NCBI GenBank assembly: GCA_964412585.1
Contig: CAYPPJ010000007.1
Span: 1 to 47,456 of the forward strand
Origin: an uncultured Candidatus Saccharibacteria bacterium
GTDB lineage: Bacteria > Patescibacteriota > Minisyncoccia > Phycocordibacterales > PALSA-1337
DNA: 47,456 nucleotides
Reading direction: 5' to 3'
The notes under the pieces were generated by a model. It was not told where the DNA came from. It worked only from the letters and a program-made list of their open reading frames with translations, and did no database searches. A program made the position numbers and the translations under genes. This document shows, in pieces, positions 37,912 through 46,428 of this stretch. Positions within the stretch are counted from its first letter, which is position 1. Each line of letters begins with the position of its first letter.

Positions 37912-38529
37912 ATGAAAAATGAAAGTCTGAATTTGCTGAATAATAAGGAAGTAATTCGTTGGTGTTACGAAGCTATTACGGAAGTTTCCTTGATGAATAC
38001 GGAAAGCAGTAAAAATCTTGAGGAATCAAAAAAGATTGAACAAGATTGGGGAAATAAAGTAATCAAAACAATCGGTGGCAAGCAGTGGACGACGGTTCTC
38101 TGTCAGGAGCTTGTAATGGAAGCACTAATTAAACTTGGCAGGAAACATGTTAGAAAAACTAAACCTATGCAGAGTTCACTTAGGGATAAGAGTTATGATC
38201 CTGATCTTGAGTGTGATGATTATGTCTATGAGGTAAAAGGTAGGAGCTGGACTACTCCAGGAACTGCAGGTGAAAAAATACTTGGAGTTCCGTTGAAGTA
38301 TGGTGAATTACCTCGTCTATATAAAAAACCGCTCCAGATTATATTAGTCGGATATCAGGAATATGAGGCACGTGAGAAGTTTGCGTTTGGAGATTTGCTG
38401 GATTCGAAAAATCAAACAAAGGAACTTCATGAAAGCCTGGCTTTTTATAAGGAGCAGGAGATTGAATACGTTGCTTTTACGGATATCTTAAAAAAGATTG
38501 GATTTAAGTATGGTTGTTGGAAAAAATAA
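37912..38529 (+). CDS. Putative PD-(D/E)xK restriction endonuclease
   Basis: PDLECDDYVYEVK motif; 5 nt downstream of the MTase; family not recognised. Confidence 0.6.
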   Translation: MKNESLNLLNNKEVIRWCYEAITEVSLMNTESSKNLEESKKIEQDWGNKVIKTIGGKQWTTVLCQELVMEALIKLGRKHVRKTKPMQSSLRDKSYDPDLECDDYVYEVKGRSWTTPGTAGEKILGVPLKYGELPRLYKKPLQIILVGYQEYEAREKFAFGDLLDSKNQTKELHESLAFYKEQEIEYVAFTDILKKIGFKYGCWKK

Positions 38530-38636
38530 GAGGATCTTGATAAATCAACAAATTGCCTCCCGGCATTTGTATAAATATTTTGTCAGGAAGGACATCTGGG
38601 CTATTGCTTTTTTAACTTTCATGATATAATTACGTG

Positions 38637-39070
38637 GTCCAGAAGTTAAAAACGGATGGATGACGGACTGATACATAATTTTATTAGCATAAAGAGAGCG
38701 TTGCAAAACCCTATCGGATAGCTGATGAGATTATCTCGTCAGTTTGTCCAATGGGTTTTTGTTCTTTTGGTTAGATAGATCCTTTCAGCTACTGGTTAGA
38801 TGGTTGATGGGGTTTATTTAACAGTAACTGGCATGACCCTGAAAAAGCCAGCAGGTGATGGTCTGACCATTCCATCAATAAATGGCGAATAAATTCGCTC
38901 GTTGCTTTCCAACCGTGGACGGCTATATGTTATGTCAACATTGGAATGGCAACTGGATAAAGTTTCTTGCAGGAAACTGGGGAAATAGAAAACGCCCCCT
39001 AAAGAGCGTTTTCAAGAAAAAGTCCGCTTAGATTTTTTCACACAATAGACCCTTTGGGGTCTTTTGTGTT
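38637..39070 (+). ncRNA. Candidate structured non-coding RNA (unassigned)
   Basis: TGa-TATAAT at 38622-38630, no ORF >=60 aa in 38530-39192, at least 6 hairpins, terminator-like stem at 39040-39068. Confidence 0.35.
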
Positions 39071-39222
39071 CATTGGTAATTATAACCCATGAGTTCACTA
39101 TCCTATATTTTTTCTGTGTATAACGCAAGTCAGCTTCCATCCAAGGGAGTTTTTACTGGGTTGTCATTTGTTAATAAAGTTGTATAGTTAAATTGCAATT
39201 AAGTAATTTTAATATAAATAAT

Positions 39223-39456
39223 ATGAAGAAATATATATTTTTGCTTGCTCTAGTTTTCTGCGCATTTTCTCTTGTCTCCTCAGTCGAGGCAAAAACCATA
39301 AAAGTTAAGTCTTATTACAAACCATCTACCGGCACTTACATTAATTCTTATTACAAAACATCTTCAAATAAGACAAAGTTGGATAATTATTCAACTAAAG
39401 GCAATTACAATCCTTACACAGGAAAAAAGGGCTACGTGAATCCCTATAAATGGTAG
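39223..39456 (+). CDS. Small basic secreted protein with K.DNYSTKGNYNPYTGKKG motif
   Basis: Signal peptide MKKYIFLLALVF...VEA, then VKSYYK.S.GTY.NSYYKT..N.TK.DNYSTKGN.NPYTG. Confidence 0.75.
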   Translation: MKKYIFLLALVFCAFSLVSSVEAKTIKVKSYYKPSTGTYINSYYKTSSNKTKLDNYSTKGNYNPYTGKKGYVNPYKW

Positions 39457-39458
39457 AG

Positions 39459-40103
39459 ATGAAGAAATTTATTATTGAAAATTGGTTTAAATTGACCATT
39501 GTTGGAATCGTTATTTTGATTGGTTTATTTTTACTTTTTTACTTTATTATTTTTATTCCTCAAAAGGAACAGCAAATGCTCGTTAGACAGGCCGAAGAGA
39601 GGGCTAAACTTGAGGAATTACAAAAGGAAAAAGAATTGAGTGATCCTAAATCGGATAAATATATTGTTACTTATGACAAAGAAGGTAATCCATTGGATTG
39701 GACTGTTTTGACAAGGGCGTCCGTTATTCTTAATGACACTTTAACTACTTATCAAGAAGTACTACCTGTAATACAAAAAACTCAAACGACTGAGCGGGAA
39801 ATTCTTTCAAAGCTTTATAGTGTCTTGAAGAGTCCATATCTTGAGGATAAAGCTAGTTGGCAGAATTTAATAAATCACGATGAAGCTTATATAGCTTCAG
39901 GTGAAAAAGTCATCACACTACTTTCTAATCTGATTAAAAATTATCAAGGTTTACATACTGCTGTTAGTATGAGAGATCCACAGCTGTATCTTTATTACGA
40001 AGAAGAAATTTCAAAACTTGAAGCACAAAAGTCATTAATTATGAAGGATTATTCGGATAAAGAAGCTAAGAAAAAGTATTACGCTAGTTTTTTGTCGTCA
40101 TAA
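39459..40103 (+). CDS. Hypothetical membrane-anchored helical protein
   Basis: IIENWFKL + TM, then coiled-coil-like region; AT-rich. Confidence 0.65.
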   Translation: MKKFIIENWFKLTIVGIVILIGLFLLFYFIIFIPQKEQQMLVRQAEERAKLEELQKEKELSDPKSDKYIVTYDKEGNPLDWTVLTRASVILNDTLTTYQEVLPVIQKTQTTEREILSKLYSVLKSPYLEDKASWQNLINHDEAYIASGEKVITLLSNLIKNYQGLHTAVSMRDPQLYLYYEEEISKLEAQKSLIMKDYSDKEAKKKYYASFLSS

Positions 40104-40158
40104 TAACTAAATTCAGTTAGTTTTTGGGGCATAATTCAGTCATGTTATAATCCCTCCC

Positions 40159-41394
40159 ATGCCCCCAACGCCCGCCTCCCACAATTCCAACCCCACCCCC
40201 TCGAACCCTCAACCCCGCAAAATATTCGGCCTGAACCGCAACATTTTCATACTGGGCCTCACGAGTTTCTTCAACGACTTCTCCAATGAAATGATCCTCT
40301 CGGCATTCCCGGCCTTCTTTACCTCGGTACTCAAGGCGGGGGCGGCATCGCTGGGGCTGGTGGAGGGTATTGCTGATGGGGCATCCAACATTCTCAAGAT
40401 CTATTCCGGTCAGCTCTCGGACAAACTCAAGAAGCGTCGCATATTCATCTTCCTCGGCTATGGCATGTCCGTCATCATCAGACCCTTCTACATGGTCATG
40501 GGCTCGGTGGCCGGAGTCTTGGGACTCAGGGTGGTTGATCGTATCGGCAAAGGGGTCAGGGAAGCGCCACGCGATGTGATCATCTCGGTCTCATCACAAG
40601 CAGGGGAAATGGGTCGCTCATTTGGCTACCACCGCGCCATGGATACGGCGGGCGGTATCTTGGGACCTCTGGCCGCATACCTCATCTTGGCGCGCTGGCC
40701 GGGCGGGTTCAATATTATTTTCATAAGTGCGTTTGTGATCGGCCTCATTGCGGTGGCCACCATCTTCTTTGTCAAAGACGTGGTCATCGCTCGTGACGGT
40801 CAGGGCGTGCGCATCTTTTCCCTGCAAACCTTCCGCTCATTCTCGCCACGCTTCAAATGGTATCTCGTAGCCATCTTCATTTTCTCCATAGGCTCACTGC
40901 CATCGGCACTCCTCTTGTTGCAGACCACCAACATCGGCTTGATGATCGCCTCCATCCCGCTCTACTACATGGTCTACAGTATTTCATTCACTCTTTTTTC
41001 ATATGCGGCAGGCAAGCTCTCGGACAAGATCGGCACCTCGCGTGTCTTGGCATTCGGCTATGCGATCTTGGCGCTTTCATACATCGCACTGATGACCTCG
41101 ACGACGCCGCTGACGTTGGGATTTGCATTTGCAGTCATGGGACTCTTTTCGGCCTGCACTGACTCGACACAGCGCGCTTTTGTGGCAAAGACCACACCCG
41201 AATATGAACGCGGCACGGCTTACGGTATGTACAATGCGGTGGTGGGATTTGGGATTATGATTTCGGGCATTCTTGGCGGCATTATCTGGCAGTCGTGGGG
41301 ACCAACGACGGCACTCCTGATTGCGGAGGCGGTGGTTGTGGTGGGGCTTATTGTGTTTTATGCCAGCACGAAAGTGGGAAGGGGGAATATTTGA
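40159..41394 (+). CDS. MFS transporter
   Basis: About 12 TMs; GQLSDKLKKRR, RVVDRIGKGVREAPRD, GKLSDKIGTSR, ERGTAYGMYN. Confidence 0.93.
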   Translation: MPPTPASHNSNPTPSNPQPRKIFGLNRNIFILGLTSFFNDFSNEMILSAFPAFFTSVLKAGAASLGLVEGIADGASNILKIYSGQLSDKLKKRRIFIFLGYGMSVIIRPFYMVMGSVAGVLGLRVVDRIGKGVREAPRDVIISVSSQAGEMGRSFGYHRAMDTAGGILGPLAAYLILARWPGGFNIIFISAFVIGLIAVATIFFVKDVVIARDGQGVRIFSLQTFRSFSPRFKWYLVAIFIFSIGSLPSALLLLQTTNIGLMIASIPLYYMVYSISFTLFSYAAGKLSDKIGTSRVLAFGYAILALSYIALMTSTTPLTLGFAFAVMGLFSACTDSTQRAFVAKTTPEYERGTAYGMYNAVVGFGIMISGILGGIIWQSWGPTTALLIAEAVVVVGLIVFYASTKVGRGNI

Positions 41395-41406
41395 TATAAT
41401 AAACCC

Positions 41407-42648
41407 ATGAAAAAATCTATATTTTTTGTTTTGTTGTTTTCAGTATCAGCAGTAACGTTCTGCGTACATCCCTCAGTTTCTCAGGCCTCATGGTGGAATC
41501 CTTTCACATGGTTTTCCAAGTCGTCGAGTGTTCAGATTAATACTGTAGTTTCTTCTGGTGTAGAGTCACCGTCGAAGAAAATTGCCCAGATTAGTATCTC
41601 CACACCTACTTATGATGATGTCCTTGAACCAGGGGCAACTGTACCACTTGAGTTTACATCTGTTTCAGGGGCGCAAACATATAACGTTAGTATTGTGTTG
41701 ACGGGCAAGTCCGCATCACCACACGTTTTAGATTTGACCCTTACAAACACAAAAGGAACAATCACTATTCCGCAGACACAAAATTCATATCTGGTAGGTG
41801 GCTCATTGGATGGTAGTGAGCTCGTGGTACAAGCACTTGATAAAGATGGAAGAATAGTTGGGTATGGCAGAAATCAAATTCGTATTCTGCCACAAGCATC
41901 TAATCCGAACCTACTTAAAGCAAGTTCTTATATAGTAAGTGGCAATGGTGGAGCTGTTACGTTAACTTTTGGGTCACTAACAAAACCATTGGTGCGTCGC
42001 GAAGTAGATATCTCGTGTGTAAATACATATACACTCGCATCGATTGATGGGCTTGCCTGCGGTAAGATTCTGTCTCTAGGTTCTGGTGCATACACAAAAA
42101 AATTGTCTACCAAAAGGAATATTTTTACAGATCGCGATATTACTATTGTGGTCGGTGTAAAATATTTTGATGCACAAGGACAAGAAGTGAATCCTTCTGG
42201 TATCGATGACGAATCCTTTGTCACTATCAAAATAACAAAACCGACACCTGGTGCGCCCGTTGTAGAGGATGCAAAACCTGGCATATCAGCTATTTCACAG
42301 GAAATCTTGGATCAAAAGAAAACTGAACAGAATTGCCCGGCAGACGGTGCGGCATTCGTCAAGAAATTTATTGCAGACAAAGGCCAATTTCCGGGTGTTT
42401 CCAACTATGCTTTTGATAAGATTGTTGGTACTCCGGAATATCATTACAACAGATCATCACAGGCTTGTTTCGTAAAATTGACCCATACTATCTCGGCTTC
42501 CAGCGCAACAGTATTTGTCAGTGAAATCAGGGATGTGCATAGTACAAAACTGATAACATCTTCAGTGTGGTCGTCTGAAAAAGAACTTGGCAAACATCCG
42601 ACAAAAGAAGAATTTGACGCCGAAGCTCAGCAGCTTATGAGAGATTGA
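41407..42648 (+). CDS. Secreted hypothetical protein (beta-sandwich-like)
   Basis: Signal peptide ending SQA followed by SWWNPFTWF; beta-rich body. Confidence 0.7.
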   Translation: MKKSIFFVLLFSVSAVTFCVHPSVSQASWWNPFTWFSKSSSVQINTVVSSGVESPSKKIAQISISTPTYDDVLEPGATVPLEFTSVSGAQTYNVSIVLTGKSASPHVLDLTLTNTKGTITIPQTQNSYLVGGSLDGSELVVQALDKDGRIVGYGRNQIRILPQASNPNLLKASSYIVSGNGGAVTLTFGSLTKPLVRREVDISCVNTYTLASIDGLACGKILSLGSGAYTKKLSTKRNIFTDRDITIVVGVKYFDAQGQEVNPSGIDDESFVTIKITKPTPGAPVVEDAKPGISAISQEILDQKKTEQNCPADGAAFVKKFIADKGQFPGVSNYAFDKIVGTPEYHYNRSSQACFVKLTHTISASSATVFVSEIRDVHSTKLITSSVWSSEKELGKHPTKEEFDAEAQQLMRD

Positions 42649-42672
42649 TGTAAGTTTTGGTACAATACCTTC

Positions 42673-43395
42673 ATGAAAAACTATTCAATCTACAACGCCT
42701 CGTCCGAGAATATGTCAGCAGTTGCGGATAATTCCGTTGATAGTATCGTTTTTGCTCCGCCATATAATATCAACACTCCTTATAGCGACCGAGAGAAGTA
42801 TGACCACAAATCATTCGAAGAATATCGAGACATGCTTAGTCGCATTATCCGGGAGTGTTTTCGTGTTCTCAAACCGACGGGACTTTTCATCAATGAATCT
42901 GCGGACACAATTTATTCTGATGGTAAGCTGATAGCGCTCTCGGGATTGATTCAGAAATTGTGTCTTGATGCGGGATTCAAGATCAAAGAACGACATATTA
43001 ATTTTCTACAATCTGAAGCAGGTGTTGAGCTTGTCGATAGGGAACATAACTGGTCAAAAGTAGACTATTATTCAGAAGACAACGCCCACTCCAACTGTCA
43101 TCAGTGGATTGTTATGGCAAAAGATCCGTCTACAACCTTCGAAGGTGACAAGGGTAAGATTTTTTATATCAATTATCCGTCAGACGAAGAAGGTCATCCG
43201 TGTCCATTCTCACCGGAACATGTACGGATCTTCCTTGATTTGTTGAAGTTTGCTAAAGGGATGACTGTTCTCGAGTCTTTTATGGGAACGGCGCGACTCG
43301 GTGTGGAGGTTGTCAGCAGGGGTGGGAACTACGTGGGTTATGAGTTGGAGAAAAAACATTTCGAAACGGCTCAAAATAAATTTGCCGCCATCTAG
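42673..43395 (+). CDS. Beta-class N4-C/N6-A DNA methyltransferase homolog with degenerate motifs (APPY; ESFMGTA)
   Basis: VDSIVFAPPY, ECFRVLKPTG, GHPCPF, VLESFMGTARLG, GYELEK. Confidence 0.75.
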   Translation: MKNYSIYNASSENMSAVADNSVDSIVFAPPYNINTPYSDREKYDHKSFEEYRDMLSRIIRECFRVLKPTGLFINESADTIYSDGKLIALSGLIQKLCLDAGFKIKERHINFLQSEAGVELVDREHNWSKVDYYSEDNAHSNCHQWIVMAKDPSTTFEGDKGKIFYINYPSDEEGHPCPFSPEHVRIFLDLLKFAKGMTVLESFMGTARLGVEVVSRGGNYVGYELEKKHFETAQNKFAAI

Positions 43396-43414
43396 GTGTA
43401 GAAATGTGTGTGTA

Positions 43415-43454
43415 TAAAAAATTCGAGGCGGCACGGAAGGGTTCCGTACCGCCT
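43415..43454 (-). terminator. Probable intrinsic terminator between convergent genes
   Basis: aggcgg-cacggaa / ttccgta-ccgcct hairpin with an A run at its left (T run on the minus strand). Confidence 0.55.
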
Positions 43455-43464
43455 GAAGTGATCG

Positions 43465-43821
43465 TTAGCCAAACAAATGGTGTGTAATGATGATTATCAC
43501 CAAGCACAGTACTGCTGTGGTTAAGACAGATAAAGCTCGGCCTACAAACATGCCGACCCTTATGCTCCAGAAGGCTGTTTCGCTGTAGTCGCCTTGTTCC
43601 ACCATCAACCCAATGCAGATGGAGAGGATTTGGTAGTAGTTCACAGGCCCGGACCCGAGGGATTGGAAGAGCCAATAGAATAATGTGCTCATTACAAGAC
43701 ATCGGGTGACTGCACGAAGCTGTTTGAGGGCAATTTTCCTGACTGCGCATTTGATCCCGATAGAAGTTCCTCCTGCACGGTAGTACCCTGTGCGGAAACC
43801 GCTGGCGAATGTTGCATTCAT
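43465..43821 (-). CDS. Hypothetical membrane protein (118 aa)
   Basis: ATG start, hydrophobic segments, own canonical promoter and terminator; no family recognised. Confidence 0.5.
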   Translation of the reverse strand: MNATFASGFRTGYYRAGGTSIGIKCAVRKIALKQLRAVTRCLVMSTLFYWLFQSLGSGPVNYYQILSICIGLMVEQGDYSETAFWSIRVGMFVGRALSVLTTAVLCLVIIIITHHLFG

Positions 43822-43872
43822 AGTTTTTGGGAGCTGCTGGTAACAGTGGTGTCACCGAAGTAATTTAAGCCA

Positions 43873-43901
43873 ATTATGGCATTATTGTCATGTTTTGTCA
43901 A
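43873..43901 (-). promoter_or_regulatory. Near-consensus sigma70 promoter
   Basis: Minus strand TTGACA (43901-43896), 17 nt, TGc-CATAAT (43878-43873). Confidence 0.7.
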
Positions 43902-43907
43902 ACGAAT

Positions 43908-43946
43908 AAAAAACCGCCCCGTGGACGATTGCTCGTCTGCGAGGCG
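43908..43946 (-). terminator. Intrinsic terminator downstream of Clp-N copy 2
   Basis: cgcc-ccgtggacga / tcgtctgcg-aggcg hairpin plus T run on the minus strand. Confidence 0.6.
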
Positions 43947-43965
43947 AAATGGTTGTTGTGCGGGA

Positions 43966-44445
43966 CTAGCTGGCGTTCGCGACGGTGGCCGCCTCGACCC
44001 GTTCATCACCGCCGCCTCCAGTGAGGCGGGAGAGGAGTGGGTCAAAAAAGACGCCGTGCATGTTCAGGACCTCGGCGGTGACGCTATTGCCCTCCTTGAG
44101 GATCCCCAAGAGCAGATGCTGGGGCTCCATGGATGTACTGCCCAGCTCGCGAGCAATATCAGCGGAAATGTCGAGGACGTGCGTTAGTCGAGGTGACAGC
44201 CTCAGCGCGTTTCCTGGAAGTGGCTCATCATTCGGTCGCACACATTGTTCGGTGTCAGTGAAGATGCGTTCCTGATCGAAAAAGATCTTGCTACCAATGA
44301 AAGCGATGAACTCGGGGCTGACGCAGAGCGCCATGAGCGCGTGTTCCGTGCTGGTGAATTGTCGGCCGTGCTTCTCGGCCATCGAAGTGGCCGTGGTGAG
44401 GATTTCTGTTGTTGAAGGTGCGAGGATATGCTTGTTGATGATCAT
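43966..44445 (-). CDS. Stand-alone Clp N-terminal domain protein, copy 2 (ATG 44445 preferred; open to 44481)
   Basis: TSTEHALMAL and LSPRLTHVLDISADIARELG...EPQHLLLGILKEGNSVTAEVLNMHGV; TTGACT-17-TATTAT promoter upstream. Confidence 0.85.
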   Translation of the reverse strand: MIINKHILAPSTTEILTTATSMAEKHGRQFTSTEHALMALCVSPEFIAFIGSKIFFDQERIFTDTEQCVRPNDEPLPGNALRLSPRLTHVLDISADIARELGSTSMEPQHLLLGILKEGNSVTAEVLNMHGVFFDPLLSRLTGGGGDERVEAATVANAS

Positions 44446-44580
44446 AATCAGACGCTTTGGGGAGTTGATGTTGACTATCACTACAGTAACTGTTCGGAGA
44501 AGATAATACGTCTAGATTGACGCGAAGTCAATGGGAGTTTTTGGGTGTATACTATACATATTATTCCTTCTCATATTTTT

Positions 44581-44979
44581 ATGACCACACCATTCTTCAC
44601 AAACATTGAACGTGATACGCTTGCCAACGAAAACTTCCGCACGGTTGTATATACCGCGCCTCATTGCCAAGTGGTTCTCATGTGTCTCCAGCCTGGTGAA
44701 GAGATTGGCGTCGAGACGCACGAGCACAACGATCAGTTTTTCCGCTTTGAGCAGGGGACAGGAAAGGCGGTGATTGCAGGAAAAGAATATAGTATAGAAA
44801 ATGGTACCGCCATCCTCGTGCCCGCAGGTACCGAGCACAACATAATTAATACCGGTTCAGAAAAAATGAAAATGTACACTATTTATTCACCAGCTCACCA
44901 TATTGAAGGGCGCATTCATGTCACCAAGGCAGATGCGGTTGCTGATGTAGAGGATGAAAAGTTTGGTGACAAGGAATAA
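44581..44979 (+). CDS. Cupin domain protein
   Basis: NENFR.VVYT..H.QVVLM.L.PGEEIG.E.H...DQFFRFEQG.G; VPAG.EHNIINTG; YTIYSPAHH. Confidence 0.9.
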   Translation: MTTPFFTNIERDTLANENFRTVVYTAPHCQVVLMCLQPGEEIGVETHEHNDQFFRFEQGTGKAVIAGKEYSIENGTAILVPAGTEHNIINTGSEKMKMYTIYSPAHHIEGRIHVTKADAVADVEDEKFGDKE

Positions 44980-45009
44980 CACATCTCATCAACAGGTTGT
45001 GACTACCAA

Positions 45010-45025
45010 GTGAACCCCCGTTCAC
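45010..45025. promoter_or_regulatory. Gram-positive-type LexA (SOS) box abutting the dinB -10 element
   Basis: gtGAAC-cccc-GTTCac palindrome; TATAAT at 45027-45032. Confidence 0.7.
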
Positions 45026-45038
45026 CTATAATGTAGGG

Positions 45039-46352
45039 ATGAAATTGCATGCCAATTCAGCTGATTTTCCACGCGCCATCATGCATGTCGACGGTGATTC
45101 ATTTTTTGTTTCTTGCGAGATTGCACGACGTCCAGGGTTGCGGGGAAAACCAGTCGTCACCGGTCTCGAACGTGGCATCGCTTCAGCCATGAGCCCCGAA
45201 GCAAAGAAAGCTGGCGTTCATCGCGGCATGCGTATCGGTGATATGCGACGTGTGTGTCCTGGCGTTATCATCCTTCCGTCCGACTACACCATGTATGCGC
45301 AATATGCTCGCCGAATGTATTCCATCGTCCGTCGATACACCGATGTTGTTGAGGAATACAGTATCGATGAATGTTTTGCTGATCTGACCGATTCACCATG
45401 TACTCGTTGTGCTCAGCCGTTGTCATATGAAGAAATCGCGCGCCGGATACAGCGAGATCTCTATGAGTTGCTCGGTGTTACATTTTCACTCGGACTTTCG
45501 GTCAACAAGGTCATGGCCAAAGTCGCTTCAAAATGGAACAAGCCAAACGGATTCACTGTGATTGGGCGCAGTTCGATCCCTGAATATTTGAAAGTGTTAC
45601 CTGTTGGGAAAATCTGGGGCATCGGTTCAAGTACGACTACGTATTTGAAAAAATTGGGTATTGAAACGGCGCTTGATTTGGCGACCAAAGATCATTCATG
45701 GATTGATGATCACTGCGACCTGCCAGTGGCGCGCATTTACGAAGAGTTACGGGGCAATAAAGTGTTGGAACTTTCGACCGATTCGCATGCTGACTATGCG
45801 TCCGTTCAGCGTACTCAAACATTTCGACCACCTTCAAAGGACAGGGAATTTTGTTGGTCTCAATTGTCACAACATGTCGAGGATGCCTGTATCTATCTCC
45901 GAAAAGATGCGCGCATAGCTACAAAAGTTTCATTTTTTCTGAAGACACAAGATTTTGAATATTTAGGTGAAGAAATCCCACTTCCCGAAGCAACTGCAGA
46001 GCCTCAAGAAATTCTCCGCGCTCTTCGTTCGCGCTTCGATGCATTATTTGTACCAACAATTAAGTATCGTACTACCGGTGTCACGCTCTTCGGCCTGCGT
46101 TCGCGTGAAATGCGGACCGTTTCATTGTTCGGCGATTCGGCACAATTGGAAAAAGTAAGTGGAGTTACACGCGCCGTTGATATGTTGGCACAAAAGTTTG
46201 GCCGAGGAGTCGTATTTCTCGGCTCGAGTCTGCGCGCATTGCATCATGATGTGAAAGAACATTCTCGGCTTCATGCTGGTCACGGACGCATACATTTATC
46301 ATCAGAAAAACGGAAGCATTTTGACCTGATTTTTCTCGGGGAGGTGAGGTGA
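45039..46352 (+). CDS. dinB: Y-family DNA polymerase IV-like
   Basis: HVDGDSFFVSCE, SPEAK..GV, YSIDECFADLT, GLSVNKVMAKVASKWNKPNG, IWGIG. Confidence 0.92.
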   Translation: MKLHANSADFPRAIMHVDGDSFFVSCEIARRPGLRGKPVVTGLERGIASAMSPEAKKAGVHRGMRIGDMRRVCPGVIILPSDYTMYAQYARRMYSIVRRYTDVVEEYSIDECFADLTDSPCTRCAQPLSYEEIARRIQRDLYELLGVTFSLGLSVNKVMAKVASKWNKPNGFTVIGRSSIPEYLKVLPVGKIWGIGSSTTTYLKKLGIETALDLATKDHSWIDDHCDLPVARIYEELRGNKVLELSTDSHADYASVQRTQTFRPPSKDREFCWSQLSQHVEDACIYLRKDARIATKVSFFLKTQDFEYLGEEIPLPEATAEPQEILRALRSRFDALFVPTIKYRTTGVTLFGLRSREMRTVSLFGDSAQLEKVSGVTRAVDMLAQKFGRGVVFLGSSLRALHHDVKEHSRLHAGHGRIHLSSEKRKHFDLIFLGEVR

Positions 46353-46428
46353 TCTTGTTCACAGAATACTCACAGGTTTGTTCAGGTTTTTTGTAACAAA
46401 AAATGAGGACCTGTGTTATTTTTACCTC

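Noticed and set aside
39010-39035. gaaaaagtccg resembling RNase P GAGGAAAGUCC
   Set aside because: The complementary P4 3' motif and overall layout are missing.
43313-43855. 180-aa minus-strand ORF overlapping the MTase end
   Set aside because: Runs through the terminator into the convergent gene; the 118-aa frame fits the promoter-terminator unit better.
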